64,000 bases of DNA. Origin: Somniosus microcephalus. Lineage: Eukaryota. Of the stretch, positions 39,565-53,030 are shown one piece after another. The stretch's first letter is position 1. Each line of letters opens with the position of its first letter. The DNA is taken from NCBI GenBank assembly GCA_052327205.1, contig CM126230.1:17112001-17176000 (forward strand), read 5' to 3'. A model generated the notes under the pieces. The model had not been told where the DNA came from, searched no databases, and saw only the letters and a list, made by a program, of their open reading frames with translations. Position numbers and translations under genes: made by a program.

Positions 39565-39882
39565 CAGGAAACGTCTTTTTATCCGGCACGGACGGGACCG
39601 ACGTGGTGCCGGTTCATCAAAAATTCCAGATAACCGAAAGCTGTAGTAAAAGATACGGAGAGCTGAGAGCTCCGTATAAAGCAACAAACCCTGTTGCTTA
39701 CTTCAGAACAACGTCCACAAGTTGCAAGCATCTCTGTAGCTTAGCAACAGCTGCAGCCACACCCTTGCCTTCCTCCATTTGTTGCTGTGCAAGTAATAAA
39801 AGTTACCTGAACCGACTCCTGAATTTTGCCGGTTAACCGAGATTTCCGGTTATTTAGGTGCCGGTAAATCGAAAGTTTCCTG
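39565..39882 (+). mobile_element. MITE family A copy
   Basis: TA|CAGGAAAC...GTTTCCTG|TA. Confidence 0.88.
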
Positions 39883-40780
39883 TATATCTGGTTATTTCTA
39901 ATAGGTTTACTGAGTGACGACTATAATCAGTATTTTTTTTTCTGTATTAGTTTTAACAAATCCATAAAAAAAACTGGCACACAGTGGAAAATACTGGCGC
40001 ACGTTCCTTATTATTTAACTGAATTCAAATAAACTGAGACAAGTTTCAGTGACAATCCAGTATTCTGCGGCCCAATATTCAGTAACACAATGGTCAGCAA
40101 CAGCCAAGTCAAACCTTTTGTCTTAATTTACCTCGGGAGGCGGGTAGCAAGGAAGAATGAAAAATAATTGTATTTTTGATTGGTGTTAAAATAACTTGCC
40201 TCAGAAAACAAACTACCTAACACTTGTCATGCCATTTGCCTGTGTGATTTGGTAGTGTGCTGGAATTTGGTGGCCTATGATCAGTCCGCTTCAGCATGCA
40301 CATCAATGCCTCTAACCAGATGTGAAAGAATGGTGGGGCCAAGTGCACTGAAAGGACCCACGGCAATATTAATGTGTTTGAAATGTCTGTAATAGTTTGT
40401 GGTAATGAGTACTTGTGTGGAGTTTGATCACCATAGGCAGCTTTATTCATGCTATTGACTATTGTACAGGTAGCATGGTTAAAGTGAGTCATGTTGAGCT
40501 TTCCTTTTCCTGTACAGTTATGAAATATTTTTTTTAAATCAGTGTAAGTTATTTTGTTCCATTCCAGACGGTTTACTGTTCTTGTTTAAAAGCAGTGTAT
40601 TTACTCCTCTTGCCTGCTTCTCCCCATTTTTAATCATTTTTCTCCAAGATTTCTTCTTTACCATAAGTATGTAGCAGCTTGTATTTACTCTTCAACTTGA
40701 ACATGGTGACATACAGTTAGTTCTGTCACGCGAGAAGCCAAGTGCTAAACTTTGTCTCTTTCCATTTTATTTTTTACCAG

Positions 40781-41078
40781 GATTTATTGCTGCAGACATT
40801 GAAGGCAAAGGCTCGTCGACATGGCTGTACCTGATTACAGATTACCATGAGAATGGCTCGCTGTATGACTACCTGAAGTGCACTGTGCTTGATACCAAAG
40901 CCCTACTAAAGTTGGCCTATTCTGCTGCTAGCGGTCTCTGTCACCTCCACACAGAAATCTACGGCACCCAAGGCAAGCCTGCTATTGCGCATCGTGACCT
41001 AAAGAGCAAAAACATCCTGGTGAAAAAGAATGGAACCTGTAGCATTGCTGACTTGGGCCTAACTGTGAAATTCAACAG
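40781..41078 (+). CDS. BMPR1A: BMPR1A exon, L45 loop to DLG motif ([14 protein letters not shown]...HRDLKSKN...DLGLTVKFN)
   Basis: ttaccag|GA ... AACAG|gtaat; 298 nt; HRD and DLG motifs. Confidence 0.98.
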
Positions 41079-41332
41079 GTAATGTATGACCTCCTGATAC
41101 TAAAAGCAATGCCTTTGTTTATTGTGATTGTAACCTTAAGGGACTGGGTTGAAGTAATACAGGTATTATTTTACATAGAGACAAAATGCACAGCCCATAC
41201 AAAACGTCTGGCAGCATACAAGGAATTATAAAGTCTTCCCACCACCACTTTTGTTGGGAATAAGCAGAGTCCTACATTGGGTCTGTATGCAGCACTTTTA
41301 TCTTTGTGTAGCCCCATTTTGAATGGGAATTA

Positions 41333-41648
41333 CAGGAAACTTTCGATTTACCGGCACCTAAATAACCAGAAATCTCGGTTAACCGGCAAAATTCAGGAGT
41401 AGGTTCAGGTAACTTTTATTACTTGCCTTCCTCCATTTGTTGCTGTGCAAGGGTGTGGCTGCAGCTGTTGCTAAGCTACAGAGACGCTTGCAACTTGTGG
41501 CCATTGTTCTGAAGCAAGCAACAGGGTTTGTTGCTTTATACGGAGCTCTGAGCTCCATATCTTTTACTATAGCTTTCGGTTATCCGGAATTTTTGATGAA
41601 CCGGCACCACGTCGGTCCCGTCCGTGCCGGATAAAAAAAAGTTTCCTG
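41333..41648 (-). mobile_element. MITE family A copy, inverted
   Basis: TA|CAGGAAAC...GTTTCCTG|TA; interior is the reverse complement of 39565-39882. Confidence 0.88.
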
Positions 41649-42085
41649 TAGCATCCTTCCAAGTTCTGCACAACCCCCGTTCACAACTCCAATTAAAACT
41701 CTGAAAATGTTGAATTTCCTGATGCAAGAGTATTTTTAAATAATTCAAACTGCATCCACTGATCCAAAACCAACGCAGTGTCACCTGCACATCTATGGTA
41801 CAGACATGATTGTCCTCCTAAGACAGACACTTCTAAAAGTGCAGCACACTCAGTATTTCCTTATGGTGTCAGCCTGGATTATGCACTCAAGTCCGTAGTG
41901 GGGCTTGAACCCACAGTCCTACGACTCAGAGACACGAGTGCTACTAAGTGAGTCAAGCTAAGATGTGTAGGTGAAAATGACTGCTCTCCTTCATTCAGTA
42001 ATTCATCACACACTGTAGGAATTTCGCCAAGCCTGGTTGGATTGTATACCCATAAAAATGTTCACCATGACTGTTGGAATTTATA

Positions 42086-42428
42086 CAGGAAACTTTGTGC
42101 TATCCGGCACCGACGGGACCGAGCTGTTGCCGTTCCCTCAAAACTGCCGGACACACCAGCACTGATGTTGAAACATACGGAGATTTTCAGCTCCGTGTGA
42201 ATCAACAAACCCTGTTGCTTAGCAACAGCTTCTAAACAGTCGGCTAGCGTCTCTAGCTGAAGCTGTTGCTTAGCTACAGACCTTGAAGAGCTTGACTGTT
42301 GAGAAAAAAGCAACGAAAAGAGAAAAAAGCAACGAAAAGAAAAAAAAACCTAACGAAACGGCTCCTGATTTTTGCCAGTGGCTCGAGCTTGCCGGACATT
42401 TAGCCTCCGGATAACACAAAGTTTCCTG
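42086..42428 (+). mobile_element. MITE family A, related subfamily
   Basis: TA|CAGGAAACTTTGTG...CACAAAGTTTCCTG|TA. Confidence 0.85.
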
Positions 42429-42865
42429 TACTTCCTCCCACCACTTTTAACTCATGCTTGCAGCAAAAGTTGGTTTCTGTGCGCAGAGCTTCCTAAAAAT
42501 TACTTGGACCTGGATGACCTAGCTTTTTTTCTGGACACCAAAGTTTCTGTACTTGTTCCTTCATTTCCCCTTATCCCAAGATGCTTTGGAAATTTTACAC
42601 AGAACAGGTAAAAGTCATTGTGATTGGCTGCACTAACCATGGCTTTTGGCTATACTAGTTATGAGTGAGGCCAACATCACCATGGTCTGCAGGCAGATTT
42701 TGTTTTCGTAGTTTAGGAGAGGGGTCCAATTCTTAACCTGAAAGAAAGACTCTTTTTTTTCTTTAGAGCAATGGCATAGCATTGAACACCATTTTGCTAG
42801 AGCATGGTCATACGCCAACAATAGTTGGCACTTCTTAATTAACGGCATTAAAATGTCTAGTAATA

Positions 42866-43215
42866 GCACGGTGGCATAGTGGTTAGCACTGTTGCCTCAC
42901 AGCGCCAGGGACCCGGGTTCGAATCCGGCCTCGGGTGACTGTCTGTGTGGAGTTTGCACATTCTCCCCGTGTTTGCGTGGGTTTTCTCCGGGTGCTCCGG
43001 TTTCCTCCCACAGTCCAAAGATGTGCGGGTTAGGTTGATTGGCTATGATAAATTGACCCTTAGTGTTAGGGGGATTAAATACGTGGGGTTACGGGGATAG
43101 GGTGGGATATGTGTTGGTGTAGGGGTTACAGGGATCGGGTGGGATATGTGTCGGTGCAGGCTCGATGGGCCGAAATGGCCTCTATCTGCACTGTGGGGTT
43201 TCTGTGATTCTGTGA
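42866..43215 (+). mobile_element. HE1-like V-SINE
   Basis: tRNA-like head (A box TGGCATAGTGG, B box GGTTCGAATCC); V domain TGTGGAGTTTGCACATTCTCCCCGTG...GGTTTCCTCCCACAGTCCAAAGA; CR1-type tail. Confidence 0.85.
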
Positions 43216-43624
43216 AGGCTTATAATACTTGTTGGATGGTCAGCAACCAAGTCACCAAACCCTGTGCATCTTATTTTTGTGTAACTGGTTGAATTGGGAT
43301 CAACCCCAAGTTTCATCAGTTCCGTTCATGTGTATGTTGCTGTAATAGCCATCTATAAACTACTGATCTTAGGGCCGAAATGGGGATCCCTTTGGAATCT
43401 TGCTTCACACAGGTTACTTGAAAATTGTGCCCAGCGAGACCTCTCTTGGACCAATACGTAGTTCTTAAGTTAATGTGCCCACCATTCAAGCATTAAAAGT
43501 TTCTCGCAAGTGAATCCATGTTCTTGCTGGTGTTAGTTATGTCTCACAGGCCTCCGTTGTAGATCAGCCATATTTGATTTGAGCATGAAGCTAAGAATGG
43601 TTCTTAGGCTCCTTCGGGTTTCTT

Positions 43625-43930
43625 CCTAAGTTGCGAGAGTCCAGAACAAGGGGACATAACCTTAAAATTAGAGCTAGGCCATTCTGGGGTGGTGTCAGAA
43701 AGCACTTCCTCACACAAAGGGTCGTGGAGCTCTGGAACACTCTTCCCCCAAAAAGCTGTTGAGACTGGAGATCAATTTAAAATTTCAAAACTGAGATTGA
43801 TAGATTTTTGTTAGGCAAGGGTATTAAGAGTTACTGAACCAAGTTGGGTAGAGTTAAGATACAGAGCAGCAATAATCTAATTGAATGGCTCGAGGGGCTG
43901 AATGGCTGCCTCTTGTTCCAATGTTCTTTT
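43625..43930 (+). mobile_element. CR1 3'-end fragment
   Basis: Similar to the 3' end of 54975-56590. Other short CR1 ends at about 11635-11820, 46748-46865 and 62996-63490 (all - strand). Confidence 0.7.
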
Positions 43931-44523
43931 CCCAGTTTTATTTGAATCAGGACATTTTTCTCTCATTTTATATGACACTGCATTATTCAGAGACTGACAA
44001 AGTTGAGTTTTAGATCGTATCACTTGTTCCGTGGTCATTTCCTGGGGATTTCTTAGGGTTGAATTCGCATAATTTGTAAAACAACTGTATGGACTACTCC
44101 TGCATTTACCAAACATTTCTGTTTAAATTTCATTAATGCACAGGACTTGTCTTTGGCAGAACTATCTTGACTGCAGGGGCTGGAGCTCCTCAGCTCGGGT
44201 TTCCTCCTCCTAAATTTTCATTACTTTGGCAAGACACATGCATGTGTGATGATTGCCTAAGTGAAGAGGAAAGATGCATTTATCCACCTTGTAGGGTCTC
44301 TTTATTTCTACACACATCATAAACCACGAGCTGGTTGGCACTATCTGGCTAGACTCGCACATGAAGCATGACCACTTGGCTTAGGCTGAATGAGTCGGTG
44401 TCTTCAGGAGAAACGGAGAATTGTTTTTTTTCCCAAACTTCAAAATTTCCAAATGAATTCAAGATATTTTCATTAGCTTTGAGTGCTCCTTCCTAATTCC
44501 TGCTCATTGCCTTATCTTCACAG

Positions 44524-44699
44524 TGACACAAACGAGGTTGATATCCCACTGAATACACGAGTGGGCACCAAGCGATACATGGCACCAGAGGTACTAGATG
44601 AGAGCCTCAACAAGAACCAATTCCAGGCTTATTTGATGGCAGATATATACAGCTTTGGCCTAGTCATATGGGAGATGTCACGTCGCTGTCTTACAGGAG
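44524..44699 (+). CDS. BMPR1A: BMPR1A exon, activation segment ([22 protein letters not shown]...)
   Basis: cacag|T ... GGAG|gtatg; 176 nt; GTKRYMAPE motif. Confidence 0.98.
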
Positions 44700-45932
44700 G
44701 TATGTTACAGCATTCACCTGCAGATGGTGTATGACAGGAAATATTCAGATAGCACTCGCATTTCTCAGTTGGACTGATTGCAGACAGAATTTTCAAATGT
44801 AACTGGAGCTCCTGTGATGTTTCTCACTAAGGCAAATGATGAGCTGTTTCTATGTTCATGCAATGCATTATTCTGTTGTAAAGGTCAAACTATCCCCTAA
44901 GGCCTTAAAGTCTAATTATCAAGTAAACAGTGCCTCAGGTTAATCAGCGTTTAATTGTTTGGCAAGAGACTGTACAGATTGGAAAATGCTTAAAAGTTTC
45001 AGGCTCCAGGTTAGAAGCAGCTGGCATTAAATGACTGGCTTTCTTTCTCTCTTTTAAAATTGTTATTCATCTGTAACAATATGTGATATCTGGTATGTGA
45101 GTGACAAAACGTACACTAATGCAACACTTCCATTTCTCTAATTATACACAGAGACAAACTGAGATATGGACAGATGGATGAGTTAAGATGCTCTGAATGG
45201 TCTCCGCACCTATATCTATTTTGTCTCTTGTGAATAATATCTTTTGGCATTTGTCTTGGGGGTGAAACTTAATGGGACCTAGCACTTGTCAGTTTCCCTT
45301 AAAATATTTTTGTTAATTAAAGCACTTTGCCCAATTAGAACTAGCCTATATTTTGTATAAAGACACTTAAACTCCATGTCGTGAACCCATGAACGGCCTT
45401 GATCATTGAGTTGCTTGTTTAGTTATGTTGCACCACTTGTGTTTTCTATACCGTTTCCCATGAGTTTACTGTGCCAACCTCTCGATATTTCTTTCCCTTG
45501 TTGCTCCTTCCTCTCATGTTTCCACTTTGAATTCCCCCTTTTCTGCAGACACTAACTCTTGCTGGAGTGCAATCCCAAGGGTGCTGGCTACCCTATGATA
45601 CCTCGGTGAAATAGCCATTCTTCATATATTACTGAGTGACAGCAGGCAATTTGACTGTGGGAGGCATCACAAATTAGCAGCCTGTTATCTACATAACTGC
45701 TGTTTCCAACATAGGTCACTGGATAACAATCAAGAACTTGGCTACTTTTACACCCCACTAGCCTTGAGGCAATGGGGCAAATTATAGCACCATACTGCTG
45801 CCCTAATTTAGATTAGCTAACTCAGCACAGACCAGGAATCAAGCCTGGAACCTTGTGTGTAGTGTATTTACCCACTAAGTCATCAGGGAATTTCCCACTT
45901 CTGATTTTAATTTGATTTTTGTTTTCCTGCAG

Positions 45933-46063
45933 GTATTGTAGAAGACTACCAGTTGCCATATTATGACATGGTGCCAAACGATCCCTCCTATGAGGATATG
46001 AGGGAAGTGACGTGTGTTAAATGCCTCCGTCCGACAGTTTCTAACCGGTGGAACAGTGATGAG
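45933..46063 (+). CDS. BMPR1A: BMPR1A exon ([26 protein letters not shown]...NRWNSDE)
   Basis: cctgcag|GT ... GAG|gtgag; 131 nt. Confidence 0.97.
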
Positions 46064-47396
46064 GTGAGTGTTTCATGCTTTTTAGTGATTCCTGTAAGGA
46101 CACTGCAGTTCTTTTGACTGACCATGCAACTGACAGTCAACAGCTGAAATACATCACTCAATTCTTTGAATGGTATCATAAAGTTTGGTATGTAAGTTGG
46201 ACCCTATATTTAGAAGCTAAAGATGTGCATGAAGGTGCAATTTAATAAATCAAATTTTACAGCTCTGCACATGAAATCTGAAATTCATATTTTGATTTCT
46301 AGAGTGCTATAGTAAAACATAAAAATATCATACACTTAGATTTCATGATCATCAGGAGCTTGGATTTGTAAATAGGCAGGTTTAAAAGAGAGAGTAGGTG
46401 ATTATCATCTCATTGGTGTAACTAACATCGTGGCAACAAACCTGCCAATAGGCTGAGTGATCTAGCTTGTTAGTAGCTGAAGACTATTTTATGTTCCGGG
46501 CCCTGCAGTCATAGTATTCACCAACGCCTGGATGAGCTAATATCTAAATGAGATCTGTCTGAGTTTACAGTGAAGCCTGCCCCACCCCAGCTACTGGGCT
46601 GTGTTCAGGTGGAGTCCTGCTGACACTTCCTTTCTGCGCAAAAGGATAGCAGATTCTCACATCGGCCATCCATGCCGGTTTGATCTGAATCTCGTATTTC
46701 ATAGTTTGTAGCACCAGCTCAGATCTCAGAAGAGGGGCGATATTATGGAATCATAGAAACTTACATCCCAGAAGGAGGCCTTTCGGCCCATCGGGCCTGT
46801 ACTGACTCTTAGCAAGAGCAGTCGTATTTAGTCCCACACCCCTGCTTTTTGTCCGTAACCCTGTTTTACTGTGAAATGTGATTGGAATAACTAATTTACA
46901 GTATGACCAAACTGTTATGCATACACAAATTAACAGAAGAATACCCTAATCAGCAAGGGGTCGTAAAATAGAATACTAACTCCAAGTCATCATGCTTGTA
47001 TATGCTTATATATAGATTAGCAACCCAGACAGCAAGGGATCCTACCCGTGTCATTGTTTAGATTGATAAGCTAGTCACTGTGAAGTAGATTACTGACACA
47101 TTGCATCAGGGTGTGGGGCAGATTTGCTCATTGGCTGAGCGGGGCTGGAAAGGGCAGAGGTGAGAGCAAGTTCCATTTGGAGGCTCGGTAGTTCCTTGGA
47201 ACCTGCTAGATGAGTTACCTCGTGCTGCTTTCTTCCACCGCCAGCTGGTGAGTTAGACTGGCACAGAGGCTGAGAAGTTTGTAGCACCACAAAATCTTAA
47301 CAAAGTAGAGCACGCAATTAATTGGGGAGGAGTAAAAAAAAAATGATGAGCTTCAGTTAACTTGGAATTGAACCTGTATTTTTTTTTAGTTGTTAA

Positions 47397-47645
<249 letters not shown>

Positions 47646-50600
47646 TCAAGCCACTAAACAGATGACATTATTGCCCCAAAGAGGGGCATGGACTTCCGGT
47701 GTGTAGTTAGAGGGCCGGGCATTCACTCGCCCCAATCCCTTCTACACGCCACACTAGATAGGCTGCTAATAATGACCTTTTGAAGTCAGAACTGCTTCAT
47801 CCATGGCATAGAGTGGGAAGAATGGACTTCTGATAATGAGCCTCTATGCCATACTTCATAATGGACAGCAACATGCTGAAAAAAAAAGACTGCGTAAGTT
47901 AATGCTGTTGGAGTATCTTAAACTTCCTTGGGATTCCTATGTGTCGCTGTCTTTTTCGTGCTCTGTTTGCGGCCCATAGTGGAATGATGATAACTGGCAC
48001 CTTGGGAACTCTAGGAATGGTGTCTCACAGCCAGGAGATGGTGCTTTCTGTGAAAGCCTCAATTCTGAATGAATTTGAAAAGCTATTGCTGGGAGGTTAA
48101 TAGTCGCTTTTCCACCTGCTATCTGTAAATGGGGTCAGATGAACAAATCTGCCTTCACCTGTCTTCATGAGCCATGAGGGCATGACAGTTATTTCCCTCC
48201 CCCACCCCCCCAAAGTCTTGTTAAATTGGCTAGTTTTTTGGGCATTTGCAAGAACTTTGTGAACGCTCACTACACAGAGTGAGCTTCTGCTGGCGTCAGG
48301 TATGAAATGCAATGACAAGGTTTCGTCTCTTGAACCCTGAACTCTTTATGTTCACAGCTAGCTCCACTGCTCTGATTGCACATCGGCAGTCAAGGGATTC
48401 ATTCTTGTCTCTTTGAAACACAATGTTGCCGCCAAGGTTTACAGAACAGTATGTTTTCTAGGAACTAGAGAAACAGTCATTCTCACACTTTTGTTAATTA
48501 TGTTCTCCCAGTTTTCTATTCAGCAGTAATTATGTCCCTCTGGTTACAGCACTATCATAACTTAGTGTTTTCGATATTTGCTATTTGAAACCCTAGAGTA
48601 TTCGAGGAGTTCCATTTTAGGCCACAGGGTGTCTATTTGCTCTGGGGCAAAAGCGAGAGAGAATTTTTCTTGGTCCGTCTGGCTAAAGTCCTCACAGAAA
48701 GTCAGCCAGTGCTGAGACAGTGGTGTGGTAAGTGTCTGAATTGCAGCTAGGTTAATCTCCTCGGGGGGCAGAGGGACGGCGAGAGGGATTACTGCCCTTG
48801 TATTCTAACAATTCTCCCTACACAAATGCAAAGTGCTATTACTCACGCATACTGCAGGCACAAGTGAAATCCTGTATCTCTTCACTGACAGACTTTCAGC
48901 TGATGTAACATGTGTTGTGCTACCATGCCTTAGATTTGAGTGCCAGTATAGACTTGGTTTCATTTCTGTTCCATCAAGTTATCACTAACTACAACTTAAG
49001 TGGTATTGCACGTGTTTATTTTCATGGGGATGGAATATCACTGCCAAGGACTCTGAGCAATCCCACCAATCTCCATAATCCATAAAACCGCTCGAGGGTT
49101 TTTTTCCCTCCCTTCTTAAAGCTCATTTTTGTTGTTGTTGTTGCTCCACACTAATAGTGACTGTCGGGAGGTGAGTGTGAGCTTCACTGTGTTCCAGAAG
49201 AAAACAAGAAGCTATGATGGTGGTGCAAAGTGCTGGTTTATTTTAAACTATGTAATGCCAACTCTTGTGTATTTTATTTCATTTGAGTAATTCCAAACCA
49301 TATTCATGTATTGATCGATTAATAATTCTGTTAATAGGGGCTGTCTAACTTGTGCCAGGTTCCCAGATGCCACAGTCTTGTAAGATGTTATGTAACATAA
49401 TGTTTATATCTTGTGTAGTACAGCTGATGAAATCTTGCAAGCTTTTCTTGTAAATATGATAGCCAAAGTAGGGCTTGAGGCTTTTTTCCCCCGGGGGAGG
49501 AGGGAGGGGTGAGGAAGATACAGTATGGTCCATTCATATAAACAGGATTGTTTTAATTGCATACCATGCACAGTTGTATACAGTGACGGGCATCTGCACT
49601 CCTTGGTTGTCATGTTTACCTTGAATGTGAAAGATGCTGTACCAGTAAGCAAGCTTGTACCCTCGAGTATTTAGCAGTGATACGATTTTGTGACTCCTGC
49701 CCAATCAATAATACTGCTGTGCATTGCATTGTTAGCCTGTGTAGGCCATGAATTCTGACATATTGCACTGCAGGTGATGCATTTCAGATTTTTTTTCATG
49801 TCCCATATGAAAGAAAATGTGAAACACAATGTCATTGGAGCATTGTACTTTTATGTTTTGAAATCTGCGGTCTTATCGTTAAGTGTTCCTTTTCAAGAAC
49901 ATTCTTGTTGGGCCGGAACAGCTTTTATCATTTTGAACTTGCTGCAGGGAATTCACATCAAGAGTGCTGAATCTTTTTAATCACTATAGAATAATGAATG
50001 ATTGGTGTAAAGAATGCTTAATAACGCTGCCTGTCCCTGCATTCACCCAGCCCCCTCTGATCATCCATTGTTTTAGTACAATAGGTACAGGTAATCATTT
50101 TCACTCATTCCCTTTCTTAAAACATCACCTGCATCTCATTGAGGTGCATTCAGTACATAGAGGAGCAGGAGTCAGTACAGAGGAGAACAGCATTGTCGTG
50201 GTGGCGGTACAAAGAGGCCCTGTAAATCTGGGGGGGTGGGGAGAGAAATGAAGTGCCCTGTCCACATCTATTAAGAATGCTCTTGTCTTTCAAAGGAAAC
50301 CATGCGAGTCAGGGAGTTTGTTTTAAAGAAAGTGTTTTTAATGATTGTGCCTTTTTTCTCAAATCAGCCTGCCTTTATTTTATTTAAAGAAAAGGGAGGA
50401 AGACTTCCACCTGCCACCTGCCAGACCAGCATCACCCTATCAATGTGTCATTGTAGCATAGACAAAAGTATGAATCAGAATATTATGAAATCATTTAGTT
50501 AGCATATTTGTACATAGCAAATGGACAGACAACAAAGGTTTAAAGCAGTAATGTTACCCTAATGCTTATGTCATTGCAAGTAAACAAAATGATTACCATT

Positions 50601-50945
50601 AAACCAAGTGTAATGATTTATAAACCTATTTTGTACTGCATCTGATAAAAGGTGCCTTATTAAGTTTACCACAGATTACTTTGCAAGAGGTACATCGTGT
50701 ACACAGATTATGTCCTGTATCTGACTTTTAAGTAAATAACATTATTTTAGTACACAATTGCTCTGTCGGCTGTGCTTGTTTTTCTTCCCTTGTTCTTTAG
50801 GAGGGGTCATCGTACACAGCACTACGTAACTGCTGCCGGATCGGTGGTTATCGTAGGGACCCAAAGGATTTGCTGCAATACCCATAATATGACATATAAT
50901 TTGGTGAATTCAATACACAAATAAAAACATGTGCCAATTTAGAAA
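47646..50945 (+). other. BMPR1A: Probable long BMPR1A 3' UTR; end uncertain
   Basis: No recognisable interspersed repeats. Candidate poly(A) signals: ATTAAA 50598-50603, AGTAAA 50731-50736, AATAAA 50920-50925. Confidence 0.5.
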
Positions 50946-52082
50946 TCTGGGGAACAATCAAAATGATTTTACTGATTTTTTTTACACTGGCATACTTGCC
51001 GGCTCCTATGATATTTTTCAGGCCGTTCTCTACCCACGATTTGTTTAATTGCTGCAGCTTCGGAGTTCTTGTTCTTCTCTTTAAAAACAATGTCATTTAT
51101 AGTTGAATCCATGCAGGAAATCCTTCCCCACTCATTGATACTGCTGATTCACCTCACTGAGCCAATTATTCTTTCTTCAGATATAGAATCAACAAGTGTG
51201 CCTCTTCATATGAAAGGGAATGAGATAAAGCCACTCGGTTAATCGAAGCTCCTTTCATAAACTCTGTACAATCCGTTCAGTCCTGGATGGTGCATAACCC
51301 ATTTCCTCGCTAAACTTCCAAGGTATATCAAGCAAATCTAACGAACCGTATAATATTCGGGCAAAGAGCTGATTGAATTTGGAATAATTACATGCTGAGT
51401 ACATACACAAAATTATCATCCTTCCTGACCAACCCCCCGCCCCACCATGTGAATCTCCCCTCATTGTGGCCATTGCTTTGTAGTCTTATCCTCTCTGACT
51501 GCCACTCCCCCAAACTCCCAGCTCCCCCGTCTGCTCGCCACCTAACTGCTTTCACCCTTCCCATTCGTTACAGTTTCTCCCCTCTGTCCTCAGATTACTT
51601 CTCATCGAGGAAGCTTTTGATTTATGGTGTAACTTTGTTGGTCCAATCTTCTAGGCCAACACATTGATGGACCCAGCCAATGGTCACGTTTCTTAGTTGG
51701 ACAGTATGTCAAGAATTTCCTGCTTCAGTTTAAAAAAAAGTACAGCTGGGCTTTTGTTAGAATTTAATGTCTTGTTTTGTAAATGAATAGGGAGAAAAAT
51801 GTGTGTGTTGATCAGATTTGGAGCTGGCTTGTAAGTGGAAATGTACTTAAGTACAAAATAATGGTGTTTGCTGTGAGAGCAATAGGAGGAGGTCTCTCAG
51901 CGAGGTTCTCCCACTGTTGGACCAAGGGTTCTGGAAATGGAAGCTTAGCTAGATTCTCGTGTATAATTTTCCTGAGTGCAATGATGGATTAAGATAGTAA
52001 AATCAAAGCGCACGTTGGCGCAGTAGTGGTGTTCTGTGCTACTATTATGCTTACTGTAAATATTAGGCAATAGAGTTCAAAA

Positions 52083-52088
52083 TTTATT
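52083..52088 (-). terminator. Probable MMRN2 polyadenylation signal AATAAA
   Basis: TTTATT on the + strand about 270 nt past the MMRN2 stop codon. Confidence 0.55.
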
Positions 52089-52357
52089 ATTACTGTAATA
52101 GATTGTCCAAATTGGACAACATATTGGTGTAATTTCTGAATCAAATGTAATGCATCTACGGGATCGTGAATAGACACAACCTTGGGGTACTATGAGCTGT
52201 AAGACCCAGGGGCACTCTTTTTATAGTGAGTGAGCATAGTGTGACAATGGAAAGGGAGCTCTTCAGCAAGAGTGTAGTTCCTGGATGGAAACCTCCAAAA
52301 GTGAATCTGTTAAAATAGTCTTAAGGTTCTTCTATTTTCAGGACTGGTAATGAAACT

Positions 52358-52749
52358 TTAAGATGTTTTAAATAACAGAAATCCACCAAATGTTGTCTCC
52401 GGCGGAGTCCGTTGAACTACAGACCCTTGTGTCACTTCTACCCACACGTGCTGTCCTTTACTGAGCTCGAGGATGGCATAGCCCCAAACCAGGCTGCTGT
52501 GCTGCTGCTTTTTTCTGCTATTCTGAAGCGTGATTGTTTGGTTGCCATCAACCAAAAGATAACCAAGTCCAGGCCCATGGCCAAACTCCATGGTAACCAC
52601 AAACACATAGATGCCTTTGAGCGGAGCTTTGAAGTAATCTTTTTCCAGTGAATAGCCATCTCCGTAGTTCAGGAAGATCTGGTCGAACTTCAAAATCCTG
52701 TTTGTTTCTGAATTGTTGGAAAGTCCCACGAAAAATGCAGCCTGGAATT
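52358..52749 (-). CDS. MMRN2: Multimerin-2, last exon, globular C1q domain
   Basis: ttgtttag|AA acceptor, phase-compatible with the upstream exon. FDQIFLNYGDGY...YFKAPLKGIYVF...TTFGGFLLFKTS* is an EMILIN/multimerin-type C1q domain. Confidence 0.92.
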
Positions 52750-52794
52750 CTAAACAAAAAAAAGAGCAAAAGGAAATCAAGCCAAGCAACTGGT

Positions 52795-53030
52795 TACTGT
52801 TTTTTGTTAGTGCTGTTGGTTGAAGGATAAATATTGGCCAGGACACCAGAACTCCCTGCTCTTTTAATAGTGCCGTGGGATCTTTTACGGCTACCTGAGA
52901 GGGCAAATGGAGACTCAGTTTAACATCTCGTCCAAAAGACAGCGCCTCTGTCAGTGCTGCACTGAAGTGTCAGCCTGGATTATGTGCTCAAGTTTCTCGA
53001 ATGGGGCTCGAACCCACAACCATCTGACGG
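52795..53030 (-). mobile_element. SacSINE1-like DeuSINE fragment next to the MMRN2 last-exon acceptor
   Basis: Reverse complement of the head and core of 53880-54322. Confidence 0.7.

Noticed and set aside
42866-42935. Possible tRNA gene
   Set aside because: It is the tRNA-derived head of a V-SINE and continues into the V domain and tail.
52750-52906. N-terminal extension of the C1q ORF
   Set aside because: Intronic and mostly SINE-derived; the real exon starts at the acceptor at 52749.
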